From the NCBI GenBank assembly GCA_963803705.1, contig CAWDNU010000004.1, positions 480,001 to 544,000 of the forward strand: DNA of 64,000 nt, given 5' to 3'. A model generated the notes under the pieces. That model made no database searches, was not told where the DNA came from, and saw only the letters and a program-made list of their open reading frames with translations. Numbering within the stretch: position 1 is the first letter of the stretch; each line of letters starts with the position of its first letter. The position numbers and the translations under genes were made by a program. Origin of the DNA: an uncultured Pseudobdellovibrionaceae bacterium (GTDB taxonomy: Bacteria > Bdellovibrionota > Bdellovibrionia > Bdellovibrionales > UBA1609). Positions 50,861-61,437 of the stretch are shown piece after piece.

Positions 50861-51445
50861 TTATAAGCTATCTTCGCTCTCGTTTTCAGAAAGTTTATCT
50901 AAGCTAGGATAACCGTTTTTCTTAATTTTGTTTTTTAGACGATTAGCACGAATAACGCTAAGGCGATCAATAAAAAGTTTTCCCTCAAGATGATCCATTT
51001 CATGCTGAAGGCAAATGGACACTAATCCATCAGACTTAATCGTCAACTTTTGACCCTCTCTATCTAATCCTGTAATTTCGACGTAGTTAAATCTAGAGAC
51101 TGTTTCGAAATAGCCCGGCACGCTTAAGCATCCTTCATCAAAAGTTGTTTCACCTTCTGTAGTAATTACCTTAGGATTAAAAATAGCGATAGGCTGACTA
51201 ACTTCTTTTTCTAGATCAGTTAAGTCATCAGCACTGTAACGCCCGTTTTCTTTAGGCCGTGTATCCATCACCAACAAACTTACCTGTTGCCCTACTTGAG
51301 TAGCTGCCAAACCTATTCCATTACATTGGTACATAGTTTCCAGCATATTCGCGGCTAAAGCCTTTAATTCAGGGGTCACTTCGCTGACCTGCTTTGCCTT
51401 TTTCCTTAGCCTTGGGTCTGGGAATTTCAAAACATCTAAAATCAT
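50861..51445 (-). CDS. def: Peptide deformylase
   Basis: GIGLAATQVG; EGCLS; QHEMDHL. Confidence 0.97.
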   Translation of the reverse strand: MILDVLKFPDPRLRKKAKQVSEVTPELKALAANMLETMYQCNGIGLAATQVGQQVSLLVMDTRPKENGRYSADDLTDLEKEVSQPIAIFNPKVITTEGETTFDEGCLSVPGYFETVSRFNYVEITGLDREGQKLTIKSDGLVSICLQHEMDHLEGKLFIDRLSVIRANRLKNKIKKNGYPSLDKLSENESEDSL

Positions 51446-51496
51446 AATTAAACCTTATAATAATTAAACAACTTACGATACGATCAGATTCCTACA

Positions 51497-52570
51497 TTAG
51501 TTTAAAATCCTACGAATGGCAAAGGCTATACCTATAGAGGCTAATAGCGGAATTATCATTGCGGCAACCAAAGGGTTAATCACCCCTCCCTTACCGAAAG
51601 ACAACATAGAGTTGTATAGCATCCAGTATATAAACACTAACAATACCGCCGTAGCCCCAGATAAAAAAACATTACCTGACCTTCTATTTACAGAAATAGT
51701 GCACAGACCAAGCAAAGGTAATATTAAAACTGAAAGTGCAAAAGAATATTTGGAAAACAGAGTCACTTTCAACTGACTGGTATCTAAAGATATCTCTTCA
51801 TTTTTTTCAATTAAATTTAGTAGCTCTTTAGTGCTCAGAAAATCAGTGGCATTACCACTCATTTTCATACTCTCAAGTTCGGTTAATGCTGGGATATCTA
51901 GCTGGTCGTGAACAGTTACGCTGAAGGTCTCTTTAGCGGGGATTAGCTGGGAATCTTTAACTCCTTTCAACTTCCACATATTTTGACTAAAAACCAAATT
52001 TTTAGATTCAACCATACGAACCAAATTCCAATCTGACCCGAAGAAATAGATATGAGCACCTTCTACATTGTTTTTATCTAAAACATTTTCAAAATTGATG
52101 AGCGCGCTTTTTGTTCTATACCAGATATTCTTAGTTTTAGTCTTAGCATAACGGCCCGGGGATTTCTTCATCTCGATATAATAAATATAATTGCGTTTCT
52201 CCATGGCAAATGGAATAAGCACGTCACCAACCCAAACTAAGAAGAAAACCATAAGAATCAAGACAGTAAATACACTCCTAAGCAGCGAACTGATGCTGTA
52301 ACCCAAAGAGTGTAAAGCTACTAATTCGCTGGTCCTAACAAAACCTGAAACTAAAGAAACCACAGCTAAAAGTGCCGAGACAGGGATCATATTATAAGCA
52401 ACGAATGGCACGTAATAAACATAATACGACATCAATACGCTTGCGGAAGATCCAAACCGATTTAAGTTTGTCATTATGTCTACAGCTACAAATAAAACGA
52501 CTAATACCGCCAAAGATCCTATAAAATACAGGAGAAATCTAAGTAAAATAAAAACATCTAAGGTTCTCAA
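51497..52570 (-). CDS. lptG: LPS export permease LptF/LptG
   Basis: 3+3 TM architecture; SELVAL..LG motif; central beta-jellyroll. Confidence 0.8.
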   Translation of the reverse strand: MRTLDVFILLRFLLYFIGSLAVLVVLFVAVDIMTNLNRFGSSASVLMSYYVYYVPFVAYNMIPVSALLAVVSLVSGFVRTSELVALHSLGYSISSLLRSVFTVLILMVFFLVWVGDVLIPFAMEKRNYIYYIEMKKSPGRYAKTKTKNIWYRTKSALINFENVLDKNNVEGAHIYFFGSDWNLVRMVESKNLVFSQNMWKLKGVKDSQLIPAKETFSVTVHDQLDIPALTELESMKMSGNATDFLSTKELLNLIEKNEEISLDTSQLKVTLFSKYSFALSVLILPLLGLCTISVNRRSGNVFLSGATAVLLVFIYWMLYNSMLSFGKGGVINPLVAAMIIPLLASIGIAFAIRRILN

Positions 52571-52692
52571 AGTTTGTCTAGTTTACGTGAAAGTGTTGAA
52601 AAGCACCAACATTATTCTTTTTAAAGAGTTGACGCCCCCTTTTTCGCAGGCCTAGCGCTTGACTCTTTGCGCGTCTGCTTTTCTACTTAGAT

Positions 52693-53973
52693 ATGTCCTT
52701 ACGCATCCTACTGGCAGATGAAAGTTCAACTATTAAAAAGGCTTTTGAAATAGGCCTAAATAGTTATGGTGTTGAAATAAAAAATGTGCAGCATGGTATT
52801 GACGTCTTGGAAGTGGCTGAACATTTTAATCCAGATATAGTATTTGCTGACGTTTTGATTTCTAAGATGAACGGTTACGAAGTTTGCTCTCAGATCAAGC
52901 AGCACAAAGAACTCAGTCAAATTCCCGTTGTCCTCATGTGGTCAGGGTTTATGGATATTGATGAGGATAAATACTTCACCAGTCAGGCAAATGGTAAGTT
53001 AGAAAAGCCATTTTCAGCAGATCAACTTATGCATTTGATTCAGAGTTTAGTCCAAAAGCCAATTGGTGAGCGCCTAGCTGAAACTAGTTCTAAAGGATTT
53101 AGCAAAGCTGCCTCGTCAGATACACCACCACCACTGTCCCCACACTCATTAAGACCAAATTTGAAAGTAGCTGAAGAGCAAGTTAAGTCGATTAGCATTA
53201 CGGATGATCTTTTACTAAAAGGTGACTTAGAGTCAGAAGATAACGACTACAATTCGGATGATGGCGAAGAAGTTGAAGAATTTAGTTTGGACGAATTTAA
53301 AGCATTAGATCTTCATGACAGAGATGACGATTCAGATACATCTTCTGATTTTTCCGACGACTATAAAGAAATAACTGCCATTCCAACTCTAGAAGAAGAG
53401 CAACAGTTACTTCAAAAGCTTAATGAAGACACGGATATAAGGCACGGAATTAACCTAAGTGATTTAGATAAGGGTGATGGGCCATCTAATCCTAATTTTG
53501 ATATGAGTAGCTTAGCTGATGAGAGCTCGCCGGAGATAACAGATACAAGTGGAGTCTCGGAATTTAATCCTGCTCAGGACTTAAGCGATGTTTTTGGTGA
53601 AGAGTTAAATCCAGACAATCAAGATTTCAAAGACCTACTTTCGGATGATCAAGATTCGATCAGTCGCGATTCTAAAACTATCCACAGGAATGTGGACGAC
53701 ATTCATAATTCGGATATGGGTTTACTGCCATCAGCAGAAGGTCTGCCGTCTGACAGAGGTGAATCTGTAAGTAATCTAAGTACTCCTGAAAATAAAAGCA
53801 AATCGAATGCTAGTTTTGTACAACAACTTAGTAAAGACGAAATAAAAAAAATTGTCCAAGAGCAAGCCAAAGAAGTTATCCAGTCAATTGTCTGGGAGCT
53901 AGTGCCAGAGTTGTCAAAACAGATGATAGAAAAAGAAATTAAACGTCTACTTGCAGACTCTGACCCGAATTAA
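52693..53973 (+). CDS. romR: RomR-like polarity response regulator
   Basis: Receiver domain (LLADES); long acidic linker; C-terminal IVWELVPELSKQMIEKEIKRL. Confidence 0.8.
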   Translation: MSLRILLADESSTIKKAFEIGLNSYGVEIKNVQHGIDVLEVAEHFNPDIVFADVLISKMNGYEVCSQIKQHKELSQIPVVLMWSGFMDIDEDKYFTSQANGKLEKPFSADQLMHLIQSLVQKPIGERLAETSSKGFSKAASSDTPPPLSPHSLRPNLKVAEEQVKSISITDDLLLKGDLESEDNDYNSDDGEEVEEFSLDEFKALDLHDRDDDSDTSSDFSDDYKEITAIPTLEEEQQLLQKLNEDTDIRHGINLSDLDKGDGPSNPNFDMSSLADESSPEITDTSGVSEFNPAQDLSDVFGEELNPDNQDFKDLLSDDQDSISRDSKTIHRNVDDIHNSDMGLLPSAEGLPSDRGESVSNLSTPENKSKSNASFVQQLSKDEIKKIVQEQAKEVIQSIVWELVPELSKQMIEKEIKRLLADSDPN

Positions 53974-53976
53974 ATT

Positions 53977-54810
53977 ATGACCCCTGTTGAAATTGTTATT
54001 GCAGCACTGCAAGAAGACGCTCCAGCTGGAGATCTGACCACTAATTCGTTGATCGTCGATCTTGGTGTAGGTCAAGAAAAAACTATCGGATACTTTATAG
54101 CTAAACAAAATTTAATTTTAAGTGGTATTCAGTTCCTAAAAATTGTAGCCGAATTAAATTTAGATATCGATGTTGAAACTTTTTATGACGACGGTACATT
54201 CGTAAAAACGGGTCAAAAAATTGCCCAATTTTACGGGCCATGGAATAAGTTGGTTTTAGTCGAGCGCACAGTTTTAAATATTTTAGGTCGACTTAGTGGA
54301 ATCGCAACTCTGACTAATAGCTATGTTAAAAGTGTTAAACACACAAAGTGTAGAATTTTGGACACACGCAAAACCACCCCGCTTTACCGCATGTACGAAA
54401 AAAAGGCTGTAATCCATGGCGGAGGTATTAATCATAGACTTGATCTATCAACTGAAATAATGCTTAAAGAAAACCACATTTGCAGAATCAAGGGTTCGCT
54501 AGCTTTAGGCCTTACCCAGTTAAGAGAAAAACATCCGCGAACCAAAATCACGGTTGAATGTCAAAATCTAGATCAAGTTAAATATGTAAGCAATGCACCT
54601 ATTGATCAAATACTTCTAGATAACATGAATATTGAAAATACCAAAGAAGCCTTAAAGTTGATTTCAAATAATATAAAGACTGAGGCCAGTGGCAACATGA
54701 ATTTACAGCGGGTGGGATCGGTAGCTGAAACAGGGGTAGACTTCATTAGTGTCGGTGCACTGACTCACTCGGTGAATTGCTCGGACGTAAGTTTTCTTCT
54801 AGAGCCTTAG
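53977..54810 (+). CDS. nadC: Quinolinate phosphoribosyltransferase
   Basis: LDTRKTTP; KENH; LLDN; EASG; ISVGALTHS. Confidence 0.95.
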   Translation: MTPVEIVIAALQEDAPAGDLTTNSLIVDLGVGQEKTIGYFIAKQNLILSGIQFLKIVAELNLDIDVETFYDDGTFVKTGQKIAQFYGPWNKLVLVERTVLNILGRLSGIATLTNSYVKSVKHTKCRILDTRKTTPLYRMYEKKAVIHGGGINHRLDLSTEIMLKENHICRIKGSLALGLTQLREKHPRTKITVECQNLDQVKYVSNAPIDQILLDNMNIENTKEALKLISNNIKTEASGNMNLQRVGSVAETGVDFISVGALTHSVNCSDVSFLLEP

Positions 54811-54919
54811 TCTGCAGGTAACTATTAAATTTAGCTGTGTTCGAGTCTTTCTAGCGCTTAGGTTCATTATAGTGTAATTTAAAGTTTTTCATAAATCTGT
54901 AAAACTTTAAGGGGGTATA

Positions 54920-55630
54920 ATGTTAGATGTTGGAAAAACTACATTTGAATGGGCAAAGTCTATTGATTTAAGTTCCTGGTTCGAACAAGAAACCACAAGT
55001 ACTAATGATATTGCAAAACTTGAAGGTTTTAAGAATGAAACAAGCTGGGTTTTTATAACAAACGCTCAAACTAATGGTCGCGGTCGAAATAAAAACACGT
55101 GGTCCAATGCAACTGCAGGTGATCAACTTTTAGCGACTTGGTGCTTCAAACTGACTGTAGCTCCCCAACCTATTTCTTCGCCAATTTTTGGATGGGCAGT
55201 TTACAAGTCTCTTAACGACGAATTTGACTTAGGCTTAAGTATTAAAGCTCCAAATGACATCTATGTAAATTTAAAAAAAGTAGGCGGAATACTTTTGGAG
55301 TCAATCACCCAAGGTGAAAGCCATTTTATCTGTGTAGGGATCGGCTTGAACGTAAACAGTTCTCCTGGTGATATCTCTGAATCATCAAGTTTGATGCAAG
55401 AAATTGGCGCCGAAGTTAAAGCTAGCAGATGGCACAGATTGTTAAGTGCACTTAACAAAAATTTGATGGAAGCGTCCCATATGTGTCAGTCTAAGGAAAT
55501 ACCATCTGTTTACAGAAGAGAAATTCTATCGGCACTTAAAAAGTGGCCCAATAATAATGTATCGAATTTCCTATCTAATGGCGACCTTGTTATAGATGAT
55601 GGGCAGAAGATTCCTTGGAGCGAACTCTAA
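54920..55630 (+). CDS. birA: Biotin-protein ligase (no HTH domain)
   Basis: STND; QTNGRGR; KAPND; KVGGIL; GIGLN. Confidence 0.9.
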   Translation: MLDVGKTTFEWAKSIDLSSWFEQETTSTNDIAKLEGFKNETSWVFITNAQTNGRGRNKNTWSNATAGDQLLATWCFKLTVAPQPISSPIFGWAVYKSLNDEFDLGLSIKAPNDIYVNLKKVGGILLESITQGESHFICVGIGLNVNSSPGDISESSSLMQEIGAEVKASRWHRLLSALNKNLMEASHMCQSKEIPSVYRREILSALKKWPNNNVSNFLSNGDLVIDDGQKIPWSEL

Positions 55631-55632
55631 AG

Positions 55633-56193
55633 ATGAAATGGGTGGGTGGCACTATTGCTGGAGTCTTTCTAGGGCTTTTTTTGATGGTAGGTTACATATT
55701 TTTCAAAAGCGGATCTTTTAAGAAAGTAGTTGTTAGCAAGGTATCCGCAGGGCCATTTATAGCAATGTATCAATTTCGTTTGGGGCCCTACCATGAAAGT
55801 GCCGAAACGCTTTTTAAAGTTGAAAAAATTTTGAAAAAATTTGATCTACTTTGTAGCAGAAGCTTTGGACTATATCTTGATAATCCAAATGAAGTTGATG
55901 AGCCTAGGTTAAGAAGCGAGTTGGGGTGCTTATTCGACCAAAAATATAAAAAACAATTAGAAAATGCTGTTACCGAATCAAAGGCGGATTTAAAAATTAA
56001 GTTTATAGACTCTAAAAACTACATTGTTGGAGTCTTTGAAGGGTCGCCGGCCCTGGTTTCGCTAAAAGTGTATCCAAAACTAAAGCAGTGGGCTAAAGAA
56101 AACAGATATAAACTTAAACAGGAAGTTCTTGAAATTTACGAGGTGAAATCATCCACTAAAGTTAAGACGTCAGTCTTCTTCGAGATCATTTAA
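55633..56193 (+). CDS. GyrI-like small-molecule-binding protein with an N-terminal TM helix
   Basis: GPY; GLYLDNP; LRSELG; LEIY. Confidence 0.75.
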   Translation: MKWVGGTIAGVFLGLFLMVGYIFFKSGSFKKVVVSKVSAGPFIAMYQFRLGPYHESAETLFKVEKILKKFDLLCSRSFGLYLDNPNEVDEPRLRSELGCLFDQKYKKQLENAVTESKADLKIKFIDSKNYIVGVFEGSPALVSLKVYPKLKQWAKENRYKLKQEVLEIYEVKSSTKVKTSVFFEII

Positions 56194-56232
56194 GTCTAAA
56201 TTTTTTTTTGTTGTTTAGTGCATTCAAAAGCG

Positions 56233-57129
56233 TTAAAAAATTAGGCTTATCAAGATTGATCCTGAACTCCTACCCGAGAAGTTATGTTCCCGGTTAAAAA
56301 GATGTGTGTAGTTCACCGAATACTCTAGTTCATTAGGCAAAACCATGTGGGTAAACGATGGACCAACTGAAATATTATTTAATCTAAAGTTTTCTTCATT
56401 ATTTGAACTCAGGATTAATGATTGGTTTAAGGTCATCTCTTCGTTAATTTGGTAATGAACTGTGTAACCTTGAAGAGTGGATAACAAATTTTCAGCATCC
56501 TGATATTCCTCTTCTAAAACTAGTGACTGCGCCCAATTACCCCAAAAGACTTTTCGAAGTGTAAAGCTTAAAAACTGGCCGGTGCCTTTGTCGGAATCAG
56601 CAAAAAATTCTATACGAGTGATTAGATCGTAGTTACCTCTTTCTGCTCTGCTACCTAGGCGCAAGTTATAGTAAGTTGCAATTGGATCTGCTATTTTAAT
56701 TCGAGGCTGAAAAGAAATGTCGAAACTCCCAACTTTCTGCAGAAAAGACAGTGTTGCACCATAGTTATCTCTAGCATCATCCCGAAACTGTCTTCGGGAA
56801 TAACCACTTCGTCGCACTTCGTTTCTATTATAATTCGAAAACATTATTTTATATTTTTTTTCAACATTTGGAAGAGCCAAATCTAAGTCAAAGTCTAGTC
56901 TGTACTTAATAGCTTCATTCTCAACAAAAAAAACTTCTTGAGAGACAATTGCTCTAGAATCTTCATTCGTATTAGTATACTTAGCTCCAGATAATGCTAA
57001 ATCCAAACTGCGAGCTTGCCGGTCAATCCACGATGAAAAATCCTTATTAAACTCAAACACTTTTTCATTGGCTAAGGCAGTTCGATGCAGACATAATACT
57101 GATATGAAGGTTTTTAAGAACAATCTCAT
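56233..57129 (-). CDS. Putative outer-membrane beta-barrel protein
   Basis: Signal peptide (ALA|N); amphipathic strands; C-terminal F. Confidence 0.6.
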   Translation of the reverse strand: MRLFLKTFISVLCLHRTALANEKVFEFNKDFSSWIDRQARSLDLALSGAKYTNTNEDSRAIVSQEVFFVENEAIKYRLDFDLDLALPNVEKKYKIMFSNYNRNEVRRSGYSRRQFRDDARDNYGATLSFLQKVGSFDISFQPRIKIADPIATYYNLRLGSRAERGNYDLITRIEFFADSDKGTGQFLSFTLRKVFWGNWAQSLVLEEEYQDAENLLSTLQGYTVHYQINEEMTLNQSLILSSNNEENFRLNNISVGPSFTHMVLPNELEYSVNYTHLFNREHNFSGRSSGSILISLIF

Positions 57130-57763
57130 TGGTTTTGGTATATCAAAGCCTCTATTTTATGGTAACTTTATTTCTATTGTCTTATGCTTTTCATTTTTTT
57201 CAATTAAAACTTTAGCTTACGTACCAGAAGTTGGGCGGGTATCAGCTTCCACTGGCCCTTTTCTTTTTAATTCAGATAGTAATACAAGTAACAGTAATTT
57301 CTACCCTAACCCACGCCTTGGTTACTCTTTAATTGCTGAAGCTATATTTGCTAAAAACTCGGGACTTGAAATAGGATTTTTTTATCTACAAAAACCCTAT
57401 TTTAGAAATGACGGCCCAAACTTTCTAATTCAAAAAACTACACGTATGTACATTACAACTGGATATAGGTACTGGTGGGGCCCCTACTTTTCAACAGCCT
57501 TGGGAATTTTTTCATCATTTACCATGGGTGATGCTAAAAATTTAGATCAATCCTCTGCCTTGCCTGCAGATTTTAAAACCTCAGCCGAAACAATTACAAA
57601 TTACGGGGCTGATGTCTCTTTTAGGTTTGAGTATGAGATAGATCAAAAAAACGGCCTTAATCTAGATATGCGGTACTCTTACAGCTGGACAAAATTAAGC
57701 TCTGAGAAAGCTGACCACGTGCTTGTTGGACTTTTTTACAGGCGAAAAATAGATATCAAGTAA
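57104..57763 (+). CDS. Putative outer-membrane beta-barrel protein (OmpA/PagP-like size)
   Basis: Signal-like segment (TLA|Y); GYRYW; alternating strands; start uncertain. Confidence 0.6.
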   Translation: MKVFKNNLIGFGISKPLFYGNFISIVLCFSFFSIKTLAYVPEVGRVSASTGPFLFNSDSNTSNSNFYPNPRLGYSLIAEAIFAKNSGLEIGFFYLQKPYFRNDGPNFLIQKTTRMYITTGYRYWWGPYFSTALGIFSSFTMGDAKNLDQSSALPADFKTSAETITNYGADVSFRFEYEIDQKNGLNLDMRYSYSWTKLSSEKADHVLVGLFYRRKIDIK

Positions 57764-57817
57764 ATTTGAAAATTTAAATTTAGTGATTCAGTTAGTAGCA
57801 GTTTATCGTGCTGTGAC

Positions 57818-58840
57818 CTAATGTGCTTTAGTCTTATATTTTTCTAAAAGTCCGATGAACACAAGTGTGATGACAGGTCCAATAATTACACCTATCGGTC
57901 CCATAATTATCAAGCTACCGATAGTAGAGATTAGGCCTGCCAACGGATGAAGACTATCGTAACGATTTAAAAACCATGCCCTGATGACGTTATCACTCAA
58001 ACCAGCAACAACCCCGGCGGTTACGGCTATAAACATTCCCACTGTGTTATTATGGTAATAACTGTGAATAAATAAACCTAAACTTATGGGGAAGGTTCCA
58101 ACCAATGGAATTTGGGCCACAAAGAAGGTAAGAAAAAAAATAGTAAAGAAAAAATGAAGACCTAGAAATAAAGACGTCACGGAAAGTATTGCCGCCTGAG
58201 CAAAACCTGTGAAAAGAGCTGCATACAAAGTGGACTGACAAGCCTTTTGGGTAATTCTGACAAGCTCTGAAAGCTCATCTTTACTAATAAAGTCTAAGCT
58301 TTTTACAAAATTATAAAATAAATTAGAATCAGAAATGAAGTAAAATAAACTTGCAGAAAAGAAAAATAGTCCCAAAAAAAACATTGGCAGGCCCATAAAA
58401 AAACTAGAAACGAAATTTAAGACTGGTCTTACAGATCTTTGTATAGCTCTTTTTAAGTATTTTTTTGAATTACTTTTAGAAGAGAGTTTATCTGCAACAG
58501 GAATCGTCACGTAAACTTTATCCACAAATACATCTAATGTTCTAACAATTTGAGATTTGCTAATATCTTTTGATATTTCTTTACCTTCAGAAAAAAAGCT
58601 CAAAAACGACAAGATAAATGGTGAGAGCACTAATATCAAAGAGCTTAGAATAATGTAAACCGAAAGGGTTTTATTGATATGAAACTTTTTGATCAGTATC
58701 TTGTTTTGAATAGGTTTAATGGTGAAGGCCAGCACCGCTGCAAAAGAAATCCAACCAACAAAGGGCAAGCAAAAAGATAGCGCAGTCAGTCCAGTAAGTA
58801 TGATTAAAACTAATTGTAAATTTTTTTTTATGAAGCTCAT
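57818..58840 (-). CDS. AI-2E family transporter
   Basis: IPLVG; DNVIR; HPL; GPIGVIIGP. Confidence 0.88.
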   Translation of the reverse strand: MSFIKKNLQLVLIILTGLTALSFCLPFVGWISFAAVLAFTIKPIQNKILIKKFHINKTLSVYIILSSLILVLSPFILSFLSFFSEGKEISKDISKSQIVRTLDVFVDKVYVTIPVADKLSSKSNSKKYLKRAIQRSVRPVLNFVSSFFMGLPMFFLGLFFFSASLFYFISDSNLFYNFVKSLDFISKDELSELVRITQKACQSTLYAALFTGFAQAAILSVTSLFLGLHFFFTIFFLTFFVAQIPLVGTFPISLGLFIHSYYHNNTVGMFIAVTAGVVAGLSDNVIRAWFLNRYDSLHPLAGLISTIGSLIIMGPIGVIIGPVITLVFIGLLEKYKTKAH

Positions 58841-58963
58841 AGTGCCCCCAATAGATGTTTCAATTTTTTGTGAGAAGAATATTAGTTAATTTGTTTTAAG
58901 CAATTTATTACAACACTAACTTTGACTGAATAGATGTAGAATCAAACCATCATAATGGTCGAC

Positions 58964-59260
58964 CTAAGCTTGGTCCGCCTTTAGCTGCAAGTAGATTTTA
59001 GCCTCTTCCACCATTTCTCTGCAGTTTTCCAAATCCTGAGCTTTGGCAAACTTTTCAAGTTTTTGCGCTATCTCCTCTAATTTAATAAAACCATAGGGGC
59101 GCGAAAAACCTTTCCAATTATGTGCCAAATCAGCAATCGCCATAAATTCAGATCCTGCAATGTGGGATGACAGTCTGTCGATATCTTGAAGTCTGCTTTC
59201 CAAGAATTCACCAACAAAAGCTTCAAGGCCCTCTTCGGGCTTTTCATTTAAAATTTTCAT
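58964..59260 (-). CDS. Hpt phosphotransfer protein
   Basis: LAHNWKG...YGF...AQKLE. Confidence 0.85.
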   Translation of the reverse strand: MKILNEKPEEGLEAFVGEFLESRLQDIDRLSSHIAGSEFMAIADLAHNWKGFSRPYGFIKLEEIAQKLEKFAKAQDLENCREMVEEAKIYLQLKADQA

Positions 59261-59345
59261 TTGCCGAATTTATTGATGTAATTATCAAAAGTCACTGCTA
59301 AACTTGCATGAATCAAATTTAACAAAAAAAAATGGGATTATTAAT

Positions 59346-60041
59346 ATGAGCAAACTACTTTTGGTTGAAGACAGTAAAGAAATCTATGTGATGGTAAATC
59401 AAGCGATAGGCTCGCTTTACGACTTGAAGTGGGTTCAAACAATCGAAGAGGCTAAAGTGCTTTTGAACACAAATGGCTTCATTCTAATTCTTCTAGATAT
59501 CGAGCTTCCTGATGGCAATGGTGTTGAATTTTGCTCTAAATTGACAGCAGAAAACCCTAACCAAGCAATTTTCTTGCTCACTTCACACAATGATTTATCT
59601 GAAAAGGTTTTAGGATTTAGCGCTGGTGCTGATGATTACATTACTAAGCCTTTTCAAACCTTAGAGTTAAAAGCCAGAGTTGAGGCGAAGGTTAATAAGA
59701 TTAGTAGCCAAAGCAAGCTAACCGCAATATCCAAGTGGAAGGCGCTTGAAATTGATAAGAATAGGCAATCCGTTCGCGTTTTAGAGGAAGAAAAGTTCGT
59801 TGACATTGATTTAACTCATATAGAGTTTAAGCTTTTGACCTACATGGCAGATCGAGCAGAAAATGTTATACCTAGAGATGAGATTTTAAATGAGATTTGG
59901 GGTAAGGATGTTTACGTTTATTCCAGGTCAGTGGACACCCATGTTAGTAAATTGCGAAAAAAACTTGGTTCCGCGTCAACTTATATTAAGTCAATACACG
60001 GCACCGGGTATAAATTTTCAGAACCTACAGCGAAGAATTGA
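59346..60041 (+). CDS. OmpR-family response regulator
   Basis: LLVED; LLDIELPDG; GADDYITKPF; winged-helix RSVDTHVSKLRKKL. Confidence 0.93.
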   Translation: MSKLLLVEDSKEIYVMVNQAIGSLYDLKWVQTIEEAKVLLNTNGFILILLDIELPDGNGVEFCSKLTAENPNQAIFLLTSHNDLSEKVLGFSAGADDYITKPFQTLELKARVEAKVNKISSQSKLTAISKWKALEIDKNRQSVRVLEEEKFVDIDLTHIEFKLLTYMADRAENVIPRDEILNEIWGKDVYVYSRSVDTHVSKLRKKLGSASTYIKSIHGTGYKFSEPTAKN

Positions 60042-60103
60042 GCATATTTGGTTGGTGTGAGACGTTTAACAAACTTAGGCTGCAAACTGTGTTATATTGA
60101 ATT

Positions 60104-60652
60104 GTGTTAGTTATTACACATAGCCTAGGATTCCACTTGAACACAGAAATTACAGATTCGATTTTACTTGAACCTACACGGTTGAAGCACTTAGTACATG
60201 GTTCACTACTCAGTAATCTGAAAAGTACTGCACTTACCGATGAGGGATTCTTAAATAGTATGACAGTTCTTCGTGTTGTCTTTTATGAGCATCTTAGCCT
60301 TAGGCGAAGTAGCGACGATCTTAGTGCTAAGCTATACAACTTTCTATTGTCCATTGATTTTTCAGATAGTATCCCAAACTTGAAGCGAAGCGAACAATGT
60401 GATGTCGAACTTAAAAGTTATGATTATGTGATCTTAAATTTGTTGAAACTTGCCTACAAAGCTCACCCCAAGAGCCTTCATAGTTATTTGTCGGTTGAGC
60501 CTTTCGGAATTGAAAGGTTTGGCGAATTTCTAAATGAATCGATGAAGGCTTTAGTTTTGAGTGTTCCCTACAACAGCAAATCAAAATTTGTGACTTTTAC
60601 AAGTATGACCTATCTGCATATTGCCAAAATTTGCAGAACAACTATGAATTAG
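60104..60652 (+). CDS. Hypothetical protein
   Basis: 182-codon ORF filling the gap between the response regulator and Crp genes. Confidence 0.55.
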   Translation: MLVITHSLGFHLNTEITDSILLEPTRLKHLVHGSLLSNLKSTALTDEGFLNSMTVLRVVFYEHLSLRRSSDDLSAKLYNFLLSIDFSDSIPNLKRSEQCDVELKSYDYVILNLLKLAYKAHPKSLHSYLSVEPFGIERFGEFLNESMKALVLSVPYNSKSKFVTFTSMTYLHIAKICRTTMN

Positions 60653-60742
60653 TGATCCCACCGGTAATTATCGGGCCTCGGGGTGGTCTTTAAATTTTTG
60701 CTGTTATAAGCTATAAGCTCTAAAACATAACGGGGTCACAAA

Positions 60743-61423
60743 TTGAAGTCTTACTATTTTGCTAAGCTGTTAAGGCCTGAACTTACTGACAAGGTTAAAG
60801 CTTTCAAACCCAGAAGTTTTATCGCGCGCAGTGGGGATCAGACGGAATTTTGTTATCTAATCGAGAGTGGTTTAGTCAAAGTGTCTGAAGTCACGGATCA
60901 AGGCCACAAGCGCACCCTTCTTATACTTAAGAAGGGCGACTGCATGCCGCTAATTTGGGCCTTTGATCATCCGGGCAAGGTTGTTTACGACTATGAGTGC
61001 TTAACTGAAGTTGAAAGTTCAACTATAAGACTTAGCGATTTGAAGGCTCAACTGGCTGAAGATCCGAACCTATCTAAAAGGTGCCTAGAATATTTCGTGC
61101 ACATATGCTGGGATCTGTTGGAAAGAGTTAAATGTCTTCAAATGCCCTACACCCACGAAAAGATAGTCAGGCTCCTTCCCTATCTGTGTGCCAAAGTAGG
61201 CAACAAAGTTGGGTATAATGTATACTCTATTCCTGCGGTTATAACCCAAGATGAAATGGCGCAGCTTCTGGGAACTGCCAGGGAGTCTATTTCAATTCAT
61301 CTAAAAAAATTAAGAAATGGTAATATTATAGTGCAATCGACGGGCTCGCTAACCCTAAATTTAAACGAAGTACCAGATGAATATATTCATAAACAGTGGT
61401 TCATGGAGCACGAAGAACATTAA
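60743..61423 (+). CDS. Crp/Fnr-family transcriptional regulator
   Basis: IESGLVK cNMP-binding domain; TQDEMAQLLGTARES HTH. Confidence 0.9.
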   Translation: MKSYYFAKLLRPELTDKVKAFKPRSFIARSGDQTEFCYLIESGLVKVSEVTDQGHKRTLLILKKGDCMPLIWAFDHPGKVVYDYECLTEVESSTIRLSDLKAQLAEDPNLSKRCLEYFVHICWDLLERVKCLQMPYTHEKIVRLLPYLCAKVGNKVGYNVYSIPAVITQDEMAQLLGTARESISIHLKKLRNGNIIVQSTGSLTLNLNEVPDEYIHKQWFMEHEEH

Positions 61424-61437
61424 ATTTATGCAGCCGA

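Noticed and set aside
52659..52692. Leaderless sigma70 promoter for romR (TTGACT-N17-TCTACT)
   Set aside because: The -10 match is too weak to call without TSS data
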